Origin: Thermoplasmata archaeon
GTDB taxonomy: Archaea; Thermoplasmatota; Thermoplasmata; Methanomassiliicoccales; Methanomethylophilaceae
Reading direction: 5' to 3'
Length of the DNA stretch: 64,000 nucleotides
Assembly: GCA_015063165.1 (NCBI GenBank)
Contig: SUSZ01000002.1
Span: 36,517 to 100,516 of the forward strand
Shown: piece by piece, positions 9,426 through 18,518 of the stretch
Position numbering within the stretch: position 1 is the stretch's first letter
How the letters are laid out: each line of letters starts with the position of its first letter
Position numbers and translations under genes: made by a program
Notes under the pieces: generated by a model
Seen by the model: only the letters and a program-made list of their open reading frames with translations
The model's database searches: none
Told to the model about the DNA's origin: nothing

Positions 9426-10439
9426 TCACATCCTTATGTTGATCTTGTGCCTGCAGCAGGAGCACCTGTCGCCGTCCAGCGATACGATGTCGACGAGGTA
9501 CCCGAGCCTTCTGATCACGGCCGTCCCGCATTCGGGGCAGTAGGTGTCGTCCGCGTCGTCGGTGAGGGTGTTCCCCACATATACGTAGTTCAGCCCGAGG
9601 TCCATCCCGAGCTCCCTGCAGCGCATGACGGTCTCCACGGGAGTCCATTGGACGTCCATCATCTCGTTGTCCGGGTGGAACCTGGTGAAATGGACAGGAA
9701 CATCCTCAGAGAGCTCGTTCTTCACCCATTCGCAGAACTTCGTTATCTCTTCGTCGGAGTCGTTGTATCCTGGTATGACCAGATAGGTCAACTCGAGGTG
9801 CACCCCGGACTCATGGACAATCTTGGCGCTCCTGAGGACGTCGGCCAGATGGGCTCCGCAGACCTTCATGTAGAACTCGTCGGTGAACCCCTTCACGTCT
9901 ATGTTCATGGCGTCGGTCACCGCGCACAGCTCCTTCAGGGGCTCCTCTGAGACCAGCCCGTTGCTGACAAGGATGAGGCCGAGGTCCGGATCGGTCTTCA
10001 TGACCTCCAGGATGTACTCGAACCAGATGACCGGCTCGTTGTACGTGAACGCTATCACGTCCTGCATCTCGTTGCGGCATAGCTGGACCAGTTCGTGGGG
10101 CCTCTCGTAGGTGGTGCGCTTCTTCCCGGACGGGAGCTGGGATATGGCGTAGTTCTGGCAGTGCTTGCAGGTCATGTTGCACCCGACGCCCCCTACGGAG
10201 AAGCATCTGGAGCCGGGCCGGTAATGGTACAGGGGCTTCTTCTCGACGGGATCCACGCATAAAGAGGATACTTTTCCGTAGGAATACGCGACCAGCATGT
10301 CCTCGTCGCCTCTGCGGGAGCCGCATCTCCCGTAGCTTCCGACCGCTATCCTGCAGTTGTGCGGGCACAGCCTGCAGATATAATGGTCCCCGTCCCTCTC
10401 GTAATACCTCGCTTCGATGCGTTCGTTAATAACGGCCAT
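9426..10439 (-). CDS. amrS: AmmeMemoRadiSam-system radical SAM enzyme
   Basis: 337 aa. N-terminal Cys cluster CRLCPHNCRI, radical-SAM CNMTCKHCQN (CX3CX2C), C-terminal CPECG...CSCC, which is typical of this pyruvate-formate-lyase-activase-like family. Confidence 0.8.
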   Translation of the reverse strand: MAVINERIEARYYERDGDHYICRLCPHNCRIAVGSYGRCGSRRGDEDMLVAYSYGKVSSLCVDPVEKKPLYHYRPGSRCFSVGGVGCNMTCKHCQNYAISQLPSGKKRTTYERPHELVQLCRNEMQDVIAFTYNEPVIWFEYILEVMKTDPDLGLILVSNGLVSEEPLKELCAVTDAMNIDVKGFTDEFYMKVCGAHLADVLRSAKIVHESGVHLELTYLVIPGYNDSDEEITKFCEWVKNELSEDVPVHFTRFHPDNEMMDVQWTPVETVMRCRELGMDLGLNYVYVGNTLTDDADDTYCPECGTAVIRRLGYLVDIVSLDGDRCSCCRHKINIRM

Positions 10440-11358
10440 TTCCGATCCTGCTCCTCTTTCCGTCAGCCAGAAGCTCAGGGAATCCGCTGTCGTCTACCAT
10501 TCCTATGATATGGAATGGAACTTCTGCATCGTATATCTTCCTGAGCATCCCCCTGTCGGCGGTGAACAGGAGCTCGTATTCCCCTCCGCAGTCGAACAGG
10601 AGGTCTCTGACTGGGACGCCGGTCTCTTCGGAGATCTCCTCGACGTAGTCCTCGCGGGGTATGAACTCCAATTCTATGTCCATCCCTACTCCGGAGGACT
10701 TGCAGAGTGTGTTTAGCGCCGTCCCCAGGCCGTCGGAGAGGTCCATGCAGGAGGATACCGCCCCGGTCGCGGACAGGGCTACTCCTTCCTCCATCTTGGG
10801 AATGGGCATGTAGAGGCTGTCTCTGGCCTCCTCCGATTCGATGCCGTGGTCTATCGCCGTCAGAGCCGCGGCTGGGCCCCCTATCGGTCCCGTGACGGCC
10901 ACTATGTCTCCCGGAACGGCGCCGGACCTGAGCATGGGCTTCCTGTCGTCCATGGTCCCGAGAGCCGTTCCTGCGACGATTCCAGGTCCGCGCTTGGTGT
11001 CTCCTCCCACGATCCCGGTGCCGCAGAACTCAGCGCACTGGTCGATCCCGCTCATGATGTCGTAGGCGGCCTGCACCTCCAAGGTCGAAGGCAGCGCAAG
11101 TGCCGCGAGGAATCCCGTGGGCCTGGCGCCCATCGCCGCGAGGTCGCTGAAGTTGACCGCAGCGGCATACCATCCGAACTGCTCGTATGTCATCCCCGCT
11201 GGGAAGTGCCTGTCGAAGGTGACGATGTCGGTGGTCACGACGGTGCCGTCAAGAGTGATAGCTGCGTCGTCTCCGGGCCCCACGCGCCCTTCAGGCTTTA
11301 TGAAGCTCCTGAAATCCTCTATGAGCTGGCGTTCGTCCACGTCTCCTAGCAGGGTCAT
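10426..11358 (-). CDS. thiL: thiamine-monophosphate kinase
   Basis: 310 aa. PurM-like AIR-synthase fold motifs GDDAAIT, TTDIVTFDRHF, GGDTKRG. 14-nt overlap with amrS. Confidence 0.85.
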   Translation of the reverse strand: MTLLGDVDERQLIEDFRSFIKPEGRVGPGDDAAITLDGTVVTTDIVTFDRHFPAGMTYEQFGWYAAAVNFSDLAAMGARPTGFLAALALPSTLEVQAAYDIMSGIDQCAEFCGTGIVGGDTKRGPGIVAGTALGTMDDRKPMLRSGAVPGDIVAVTGPIGGPAAALTAIDHGIESEEARDSLYMPIPKMEEGVALSATGAVSSCMDLSDGLGTALNTLCKSSGVGMDIELEFIPREDYVEEISEETGVPVRDLLFDCGGEYELLFTADRGMLRKIYDAEVPFHIIGMVDDSGFPELLADGKRSRIGNGRY

Positions 11359-11435
11359 CGGCCTGTAATCCCCGGATATCGATTAAAAACGTTGCTAAGG
11401 CGGTTCATTGCATCGTTATCGGCGAACGACGCGTT

Positions 11436-12731
11436 TCAATCGCGAAGCGAAGTTATCGGCACCACGTACACCCCGTCTTTGCGCTTGTAGGCGTATCTGC
11501 AGACGCCGCAGATGACACATAGGAGGCAGGGTGTCCTTCCACCCTTCTCCTCGAACATCCTGGACATCTTCAGCAGATTGGAGGCGGCCTCGTCTATCTG
11601 GTTCTGGCCGAGTTTTATCTCGAACATCCCCCAACGGCCGTCGTCCAGCTCGACGATGGCATCGACTTCATTTCCGCGGTCGTCGCGATAGTGGAACAGT
11701 GTCCCGTCGTCGACTTCGGAATACACCCTCAGGTCTCTTTCGCACATCGCTTCGAAAAGGAATCCGAACGTTCTGATGTCGTTCATTGCCGATTCCGGCG
11801 TCATCCTGAGCGCTGCGAATGATAACGAGGGGTCGGCCAGATGTCTTTTCGGATTTTTGCCGACACGGATGGATGAACGCAGGTTAGGATCGAACGCGGT
11901 CTGTTCCCAGACAACGTTCAGTCTTTCCAGAATCTGAAGATAGTCGTTGAATGTGGATTCGCTTATGTCCTCATCATCGAACTCTTTCATGTCTTTCCTG
12001 AGCGTCGTCCCCTTGACCACAGTGGATTCGTTGCGTGCCAGCGCGCGAATCAGCTTCATCATCTTCTTCGGGTTCCTTCTCGTCCCATCTATCCCTACCG
12101 CGTCATGCTGGCATAGCGTTTCGAGATACATGCGGTTAGCCAGTCCGGAATCTGTTCCTTTTTCGAGGTTAGAGGGCCAGCCTCCTCTGGAGACGAGATG
12201 GATCAGATACTCAAGGTTCGTGTCCTTGGGTTCTGTTCCTATCGGTTCGCCATCGAAAAGGCTCATTAGAGACACCGAACCGTCCGAATCCTTGGATTCG
12301 AACAACGACATGGTCTGCAGCTCCAGAGGGGCTATGCGACCGATTCCGCTGTGAAGTATCTTGTCCTCGTCCTTTTTAGGGACGGAGTAGGAGCCGCAGA
12401 GGATGTACTGGCCTTTTTTCCCTGTACGGTCCACGCTGAAGCGGACATCGTTCCAAAGCTCAGGTATGACCTGCCATTCGTCTATAAGGCGGGGGCTGTC
12501 TCCATTCAGGGCTATGGAGTGGTCGACCTCCACGGCTGATATCGCTTCCGAGTCCAGCTGGATCTCGCTCGCACAGTGGTTTCTGCTGATCCAGGTCTTC
12601 CCCGAGTTCTTAGGCCCTTTAACATAGACCGCTCCGAACGTCTTGAGATAGGCGGACATCTTTTTGTCCAGGAGGCGGTCCATGTATCCATCGGGTCTCA
12701 GGGTCATGATGCCCCGTACGTCGTCCATCAT
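11436..12731 (-). CDS. COG1373-type AAA ATPase with DUF4143-like C-terminal domain (paralog 1)
   Basis: 431 aa. Walker A GPKNSGKTW, Walker B-like LIDEWQ. C-terminal EVDAIVELDDGRWGMFEIKLG (ExD...ExK nuclease-like signature). Confidence 0.8.
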   Translation of the reverse strand: MMDDVRGIMTLRPDGYMDRLLDKKMSAYLKTFGAVYVKGPKNSGKTWISRNHCASEIQLDSEAISAVEVDHSIALNGDSPRLIDEWQVIPELWNDVRFSVDRTGKKGQYILCGSYSVPKKDEDKILHSGIGRIAPLELQTMSLFESKDSDGSVSLMSLFDGEPIGTEPKDTNLEYLIHLVSRGGWPSNLEKGTDSGLANRMYLETLCQHDAVGIDGTRRNPKKMMKLIRALARNESTVVKGTTLRKDMKEFDDEDISESTFNDYLQILERLNVVWEQTAFDPNLRSSIRVGKNPKRHLADPSLSFAALRMTPESAMNDIRTFGFLFEAMCERDLRVYSEVDDGTLFHYRDDRGNEVDAIVELDDGRWGMFEIKLGQNQIDEAASNLLKMSRMFEEKGGRTPCLLCVICGVCRYAYKRKDGVYVVPITSLRD

Positions 12732-12742
12732 TAATAATCATA

Positions 12743-12800
12743 GGTTTTTCAGACTTTCTGCCAAGGGTTTTTCAGACTTTCCTCCAAGGGTTTTTCGAAG
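12743..12800. repeat. tandem 23-bp repeat (2.5 units) in divergent promoter region
   Basis: GGTTTTTCAGACTTTCTGCCAAG (12743-12765), GGTTTTTCAGACTTTCCTCCAAG (12766-12788, 21/23 identical), then partial GGTTTTTCGAAG (12789-12800). Confidence 0.9.
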
Positions 12801-12895
12801 ATCACCAGTTTCATGACCTGTCCGGTCCGCTCTGTCCGCTCGCTCTTCACAACGTTTACCTTAATTATTAGTGCACTGTTAAGAGGTCAGATACT

Positions 12896-15229
12896 ATGAT
12901 GATTGACGTGAAGTACGGCAAGGACGGAGTCCAGAAGGTGGACATACCTGATGCCAACTACATCGGCACGTTCTACCCCAAGGATGTCGTCTGCGGGGAC
13001 CCCGACGCCGTCATAGGGGAGTCCATCGACGACCCAATCGGCTACGAGTCCCTGGAGAAGTTCCTGGAAGGCGGCAAGGATGTCGTGTTCATCGTGAACG
13101 ACGGAACCCGTCCCACCCCTACGGCCAAGGTCCTCGACGCTCTCTCCAAGAGGATGGACCTGAGATCCGCCAGGTACCTCATCGCCACTGGAACCCACAG
13201 GGACATGACCGAGGAGGAGTACGCCTTCGTCTTCGGATCACACCGCCAGGAGCTCAAGGACCGCATCATTTGCCACGATGCGAAGAACTCCGAGTGCGTG
13301 TTCCTGGGAACCTCCAAGAACGGCACCCCTATGGAGGTCAACAAGGTCGCCGTGGACGCTGACAGGCTCGTGATAATAACCTCCGTGGAGCCCCACTACT
13401 TCGCAGGATACACCGGCGGAAGGAAGTCGTTCCTGCCCGGAGTCGCCTCCTTCAAGACCGTGGAGGCCAACCACAAGCTCGCCATGAGCATGGAGGCCCA
13501 GTCCCTGGCTCTCGAGGGCAACCCCGTCCACGAGGACATGATGGACGCTCTGGAGACCGTGAAGGGAAAGAAGATCTTCTCCATCCAGATGGTCCTCGAC
13601 AGGCATCAGAACATCTACAAGGTCGCCTCCGGAGACCTGAACCAGGCCTTCTCCCGCGCCGTCGGATGGGCTAACGAGGTCTTCTCCGTCCCCATACCCG
13701 AGAAGGCGGACGTCGTGATCTCCGTCGCTCCCTACCCCATGGACGTGGACCTGTACCAGTCCCAGAAGGCTTTGGACAACGGAAAGTGGGCTCTCAAGGA
13801 GGGCGGAACCATCATAATGGTCTCCAAGTGCAGGGAAGGGGTCGGACACGCCACCTTCCTGAAGCAGCTGTCCACCTCCAAGGACCCCAAGCAGGTCCTG
13901 GAGAATCTCAAGGCGGAGTACAAGCTGGGATACCACAAGGCCGCCAAGATGGCCGAGATCGCCACCTGGGCGAAGATCTGCGCCGTCACCGACCTGGACC
14001 CCAAGATCATCTCCGATGCCAACATCACCCCCTACAGCAACGTGGCCGACGCTGTCGGCGATGCTCTGAAGGAGAAGCCCGACGCGAAGGTCATCGTCCT
14101 CATGGACGGAAGCGTGACTATCCCCAAGGTGGGGCCAGTGTTCAGCACCGAGAAGCTCGAGGCAGTCAGGAAAGCCGTCAACGTCTGTACCATGTGCGGA
14201 TTCTGCAAGAGCGTCTGCCCCTCGTTCAAGGCCATCGGATGGGACACCGCACTCTCCAGGGGACGTATCGTCCTCACCTACGGCCTGCTGAACGGCGACC
14301 TGGAGGCGGACGAGTCCGTCGTCAGGAACATGTACACCTGCACGACCTGCGCCGACTGCGTCAGGAGATGTCCCTCCAAGGTCGAGATCGTCGACATCAT
14401 CGAGATGTGCCGCGCCGACCTGGTCAAGAACGGGCACATCCTGCCCAAGCACAAGACGATGTGCGAGAACATCCTCGCCGACGGTAACCCGTTCGGGGAG
14501 AAGACCCCCAGGCGCGAAGCTCTGAAGAAGACGCCTCACAACGCCGAGGTAGGATACTTCGTGGGATGCACCGCCACCTACAGGTCCAAGAAGACCGCGG
14601 AGGCCACGTTCTCCATCCTCGACAAGCTCAAGGTCGACTACACCACCGTGGACGAGGTCTGCTGCGGTTCCGTCATGCAGAGGGTCGGATGGCCCCAGGA
14701 GGACGTCACCGAGCTCATGAAGAAGAACGTCGAGGCCATCAAGGCCCTCGGGATCAAGAAGCTCGTGCTCGCCTGCGCCGGATGCTACAGGATGTTCAAG
14801 CTCGAGTACCCCAAATATGTGGATGTTCCGTTCGAGGTCCTCCACATCACCGAGTTCCTGGCGACCCAGGACCTCAAGCTTAAGCCCATGGAAGGAAAGG
14901 TCCTCACCTACCACGACCCCTGCCATCTCGGCAGGCACTGCAACGTGTACGAGGCCCCCAGGGACGTCATCAAGCAGATCCCCGGAGCGGACTTCAGGGA
15001 GATGGAGTTCAACCGCAAGACCAGCCACTGCTGCGGAGGCGGAGGAGGGGTCAGGTCCGCATACCCCCAGGACTCCATGAACATCGCGAACACCAGGCTG
15101 GACGAGGCCTCGTTCGCGGACGTCATCATAACCACCTGTCCGTTCTGCGTCAACAACCTGGAGTCCGCCAAGGGCGACAGGAAGGTGCAGGTTAGGGACC
15201 TGGTAGAGATCGTGGACGAGCTCCTATGA
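12896..15229 (+). CDS. fusion protein: LarA-like (DUF2088, nickel-pincer racemase family) N-terminal domain + HdrD/GlpC/LutA-like Fe-S CCG-domain oxidoreductase
   Basis: 777 aa. The N-terminal ~420 aa carry LarA motifs IATGTHRDMT and EPHYFAGYTGGRKSFLPG. The C-terminal half carries two ferredoxin motifs (CTMCGFCKSVCP, CTTCADCVRRCP) and two CCG motifs (VCCGS...CAGCYRM; HCCGGGGG...CPFCVNN). Confidence 0.8.
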   Translation: MMIDVKYGKDGVQKVDIPDANYIGTFYPKDVVCGDPDAVIGESIDDPIGYESLEKFLEGGKDVVFIVNDGTRPTPTAKVLDALSKRMDLRSARYLIATGTHRDMTEEEYAFVFGSHRQELKDRIICHDAKNSECVFLGTSKNGTPMEVNKVAVDADRLVIITSVEPHYFAGYTGGRKSFLPGVASFKTVEANHKLAMSMEAQSLALEGNPVHEDMMDALETVKGKKIFSIQMVLDRHQNIYKVASGDLNQAFSRAVGWANEVFSVPIPEKADVVISVAPYPMDVDLYQSQKALDNGKWALKEGGTIIMVSKCREGVGHATFLKQLSTSKDPKQVLENLKAEYKLGYHKAAKMAEIATWAKICAVTDLDPKIISDANITPYSNVADAVGDALKEKPDAKVIVLMDGSVTIPKVGPVFSTEKLEAVRKAVNVCTMCGFCKSVCPSFKAIGWDTALSRGRIVLTYGLLNGDLEADESVVRNMYTCTTCADCVRRCPSKVEIVDIIEMCRADLVKNGHILPKHKTMCENILADGNPFGEKTPRREALKKTPHNAEVGYFVGCTATYRSKKTAEATFSILDKLKVDYTTVDEVCCGSVMQRVGWPQEDVTELMKKNVEAIKALGIKKLVLACAGCYRMFKLEYPKYVDVPFEVLHITEFLATQDLKLKPMEGKVLTYHDPCHLGRHCNVYEAPRDVIKQIPGADFREMEFNRKTSHCCGGGGGVRSAYPQDSMNIANTRLDEASFADVIITTCPFCVNNLESAKGDRKVQVRDLVEIVDELL

Positions 15230-16155
15230 TCGATCTGAGAAGGGCGTCGGCCAGAGGAAGGCCCTCGATAATGGGCATACTCAACGTGACGCCCGACTCC
15301 TTTTCCGACGGCGGGAAGTGGGGCTCTCCCCATCTCGCCGTCGAACACGCTTTCGAGATGGCCGACTCCGGCGCCGACATCATCGACATCGGGGCGGAAT
15401 CCACCCGTCCGTCGGCCTCTCCGGTTTCCGCAGAGGAGGAGATAGCCCGCCTGGAGCCCGTTCTGAAGGAGCTCGTCCCCTCGCTGAGCGTTCCTGTCTC
15501 CGTAGACACCATGAAGGCCGCGGTCGCCAGGAGGGCGGTGGAGCTCGGGGCGGAGATGGTCAACGACGTCTACGGCCTCAGAGGCGACGGCATGGCGGAG
15601 TTCTGCGCCGAATCTGGCGTGGCCGTAGTCATAATGCATATGGAAGGGGTCCCCGGGACCACTCATTCGTCCGTCATGGGGGACGATTACATGGATTCAA
15701 TCCGTGATTTCCTCAGGGAGAGGACGGAATCCGCGCTGGAGGCGGGCATACGCAGGGACAGGATAGTCCTCGATCCTGGCATAGGGTTCGGCAAGACGCC
15801 AGCCCAGAACACGGTCATAATGAGGAGCGCCACCTTCTTCTCCGAAGGGTATCCCGTCCTTATCGCTCCTTCCAGGAAGAGGTTCCTTGCCGAGGCCTTT
15901 CCCGGGATGGACCGCGACCAGGCGACCTACGAGGCCGTGAAGGAGGCTGTCGCGTGGGGCGCAGACATGGTCCGCGTGCACGATGTGGCCGGAACGGTCA
16001 ATGCTCTTCGTCTTTCGCATCGATCTTTCTGGCGTAGAAGTCGTAGCATATGTTGTCGCGAAGGCTCCTCGAGAAGCAGTTCGCGTAGAACAGGCCGGAG
16101 ACTATCGATATCGCGGCGAGCGGGATCAGATACTCCACGTAGTACTCCGCGATAG
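15226..16155 (+). CDS. folP: dihydropteroate synthase (pterin-binding domain)
   Basis: IMGILNVTPDSFSDGG, DIIDIGAESTRP, VSVDT, NDV, DPGIGFGKT, SRKRF, VRVHDV motifs. ATGA overlap with the upstream fusion gene. The last ~45 codons are an unusual tail lying antisense in the convergent gene and end at a TAG, so the 3' end is uncertain. Confidence 0.8.
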   Translation: MIDLRRASARGRPSIMGILNVTPDSFSDGGKWGSPHLAVEHAFEMADSGADIIDIGAESTRPSASPVSAEEEIARLEPVLKELVPSLSVPVSVDTMKAAVARRAVELGAEMVNDVYGLRGDGMAEFCAESGVAVVIMHMEGVPGTTHSSVMGDDYMDSIRDFLRERTESALEAGIRRDRIVLDPGIGFGKTPAQNTVIMRSATFFSEGYPVLIAPSRKRFLAEAFPGMDRDQATYEAVKEAVAWGADMVRVHDVAGTVNALRLSHRSFWRRSRSICCREGSSRSSSRRTGRRLSISRRAGSDTPRSTPR

Positions 16156-17137
16156 CCATGACGGTGTTACCGTAGTAGATCGATAACAGGAAGCTGAAGA
16201 AGAACAGTCCCAACGTGGCGAATCCCATGAAGAGCTGCTGTCTGGCTCCTTTCCACAGATAATACGGCCTGGGAGCGCCGGAAATGACCCTCGCTCCCGA
16301 GCTCTTGATGCACAGCCAGGGTATGACCATCGCGGGCAGGAAGATGGACAGGATGATCATCACCCTGACGATCAGCTCCTTCGGCACGGTCTCCAGCATC
16401 ATGGGGTTCAGGAACAGCATCGAGCATATCAGCACCCCGAGCGCGAACGTGTATCCCGTCATCCAGACGAACGACGTGAGGTCTAGCGCATGGTCGTCCT
16501 TCTCCGGGACGAGCTCCACGCGGTCCACGTCGATGATGTCGGGGACCTTGAAGAACTTCGCAGCGGTATTCTTGCCATTCTTGTCGCCCCCTTCTACCGA
16601 CAGGAGGACCCCGGGCATGTACTTCGAGAGCATGGCGGAGATGGTCGTCAGTATGCCTATCGGGGCCATCAGCATGATGAACAGGGTGAACAGGAGGTCG
16701 GCAAAGCGGAAGTTGGCCGATACCGATTCCGTGCCTGACTCCTTTATGAAATCCAGGCCCTTCAGGAAAAGGACATCGTCGGCTCCGGTGACATGGACCC
16801 AGGCGAGCATCAGGGCGACGACCATGATGCCCATGATCATCCGCACCGGGAATGGTCCTTCATCCATGTAGGACGACGCCCAGATTCCAACGAAGGCGAA
16901 AGCGAGACCGAATATGACGCAGAGGCGGCTTATGATCATCCAGAAGTCGTAGTTCCCACGCCATACCGTGAGGACGATGGTCATCACGACGCATATGATG
17001 ATCAGCTTGGGGAAGATCTTGATGATGGTGGCGTCCCTCTTCTTAGCGCGGAGGTTCACCGCATACCCTCTTTTAAATGAGGACACGGCTTCGTCCAAGT
17101 CCTCCATCATGTTCTCCCTCGTCTCTTCTCTGTTCAC
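15998..17137 (-). CDS. polytopic membrane protein, function unknown
   Basis: 379 aa with about 9 hydrophobic segments. I recognise no family motif. Confidence 0.6.
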   Translation of the reverse strand: MNREETRENMMEDLDEAVSSFKRGYAVNLRAKKRDATIIKIFPKLIIICVVMTIVLTVWRGNYDFWMIISRLCVIFGLAFAFVGIWASSYMDEGPFPVRMIMGIMVVALMLAWVHVTGADDVLFLKGLDFIKESGTESVSANFRFADLLFTLFIMLMAPIGILTTISAMLSKYMPGVLLSVEGGDKNGKNTAAKFFKVPDIIDVDRVELVPEKDDHALDLTSFVWMTGYTFALGVLICSMLFLNPMMLETVPKELIVRVMIILSIFLPAMVIPWLCIKSSGARVISGAPRPYYLWKGARQQLFMGFATLGLFFFSFLLSIYYGNTVMAIAEYYVEYLIPLAAISIVSGLFYANCFSRSLRDNICYDFYARKIDAKDEEH

Positions 17138-17266
17138 GGCAGCGCCTTCCGTTTACCGGAACGAAATCCGGTATTTACCGCATGTTGTAGGTCGGTATTA
17201 ACAACCTTAGTCCGGGACGTTCCCGCTTATCTGTTTCTTCTTCGTCTTTCAACAAAAGGTGATTGT

Positions 17267-17515
17267 ATGGTAAGGTTTGTGCTGAGGAACAAGGCCAGGT
17301 CGGTGTCCATGAAGATGGATCTGAACGAGGACGACGCTGTCTCCGAGATCGGGGACACTGCGGCGGAGTACTGGGGAGGGGGCTACATCCTCCGCAGCGG
17401 GTACAGCCTGCTGAGGTCTGACGGAAGGGTCGGCGACGTGATCGGCGACGGGGATATCGTGGATGCCCTTCCTGACCCGGACTTCTGTTTCGACAGGATT
17501 GAAGCTAGAGTCTGA
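17267..17515 (+). CDS. small hypothetical protein
   Basis: 82 aa, preceded by AAAAGGTGATTGT ATG (GGTGA Shine-Dalgarno-like). Acidic, with no recognisable motif. Confidence 0.4.
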   Translation: MVRFVLRNKARSVSMKMDLNEDDAVSEIGDTAAEYWGGGYILRSGYSLLRSDGRVGDVIGDGDIVDALPDPDFCFDRIEARV

Positions 17516-17594
17516 TCTTTTCAAGGGAGGGCATCCTCCCCTTTTCTAAATTTCATATACGGAGACGTGCGTAATCCTTCGGGGAGCGAGTCGA

Positions 17595-18422
17595 ATGAGG
17601 ACGAGGCTAGGCTCGAAGGCGGATGCGGTCATGGACCCGCGCGTGGTGGAAGCAGCCGCCATATACGGGGAGGACGAGGCTTCCGACGGGAAGGATGCGG
17701 AGACCTATCTGAAAGGGCCGATCTGCAGGGATTCCAAGGGGGATTTCCTCTCAATAGAAGGCGTGTCGCTGTCCCCGGAAGGCGCGATAGGCATGTGCGT
17801 GTCGTACGAGGACGGCGGGATAGAGCCCATGGAGCATTCCCGCGAAAGGTTCCTGTCCTTATTCCCGGACGGGATCCTGATCGTGATAGACGTCTACGCC
17901 CATCAGGTCGCGATGTACAAGTCTGAAAAAGGGGAGCTCGTCCCTGCATCGGTGCTGATGAGGGAGCGATCAGACCCAGATGGCGTGACGGTTGCGCATC
18001 TCCTTCTCGGTTATGCCGCCGCGCTCCATTATCTCGCAGACGAGGCATTCGAAGAACAGGTGAGCCGAGTCCTCGAAAGCCGATCCCAGAGGGGTGACCT
18101 TCTTAGACTCGTCGTCGTTCTTGAGGTCGAACTTCAGGACTATGTCCGAGGTCTTGGCCAGCTTGCTGTCCGCGACTGCGGTGAGGGAGACCACCCTCGT
18201 CCCTATGCGGCGCGCGATGACGGCCGTCTGGACGACGGAAGAGGTCTTTCCCGTGTTGGACAGGAGGATGATGAGGTCCTCCTTCGTGATTATGGGCGTG
18301 GTCATCTCTCCGATGAAGTGGACGTCGAATCCGAGCTGGACCAGACGCACCGCGAAGAGCTGTCCTACGAGCCCGGACCTGCCGGACCCGTAGATGAAGA
18401 TCCGTCTGCTGTCGAATATTAG
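17595..18422 (+). CDS. doubtful ORF: the first ~125 codons look coding, the rest is antisense to the PHI gene
   Basis: The N-terminal portion (…MDPRVVEAAAIYGEDEASDGKDAETYLKGPICRDSKGDFLSIEGVSL...) fills an otherwise unassigned 450-nt gap. From 17970 onward the frame runs antisense through the SIS-domain gene to a TAG. Confidence 0.2.
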   Translation: MRTRLGSKADAVMDPRVVEAAAIYGEDEASDGKDAETYLKGPICRDSKGDFLSIEGVSLSPEGAIGMCVSYEDGGIEPMEHSRERFLSLFPDGILIVIDVYAHQVAMYKSEKGELVPASVLMRERSDPDGVTVAHLLLGYAAALHYLADEAFEEQVSRVLESRSQRGDLLRLVVVLEVELQDYVRGLGQLAVRDCGEGDHPRPYAARDDGRLDDGRGLSRVGQEDDEVLLRDYGRGHLSDEVDVESELDQTHREELSYEPGPAGPVDEDPSAVEY

Positions 18423-18518
18423 GTCGATCAGCTTGTCCTTGCCCTTTGGATCGACAGATTCCACCGAGCTCATGCAGCTCTCGAGGATCCTTCCGAGGGT
18501 GCTGTGCATCTCACTCAC
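17970..18518 (-). CDS. hxlB: 6-phospho-3-hexuloisomerase (SIS domain)
   Basis: 182 aa, GTG start. RIFIYGSGRSGLVGQLFAVRLVQLGFDVHFIGE...LLSNTGKTSSV is typical of PHI/SIS. Confidence 0.8.
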   Translation of the reverse strand: MSEMHSTLGRILESCMSSVESVDPKGKDKLIDLIFDSRRIFIYGSGRSGLVGQLFAVRLVQLGFDVHFIGEMTTPIITKEDLIILLSNTGKTSSVVQTAVIARRIGTRVVSLTAVADSKLAKTSDIVLKFDLKNDDESKKVTPLGSAFEDSAHLFFECLVCEIMERGGITEKEMRNRHAIWV

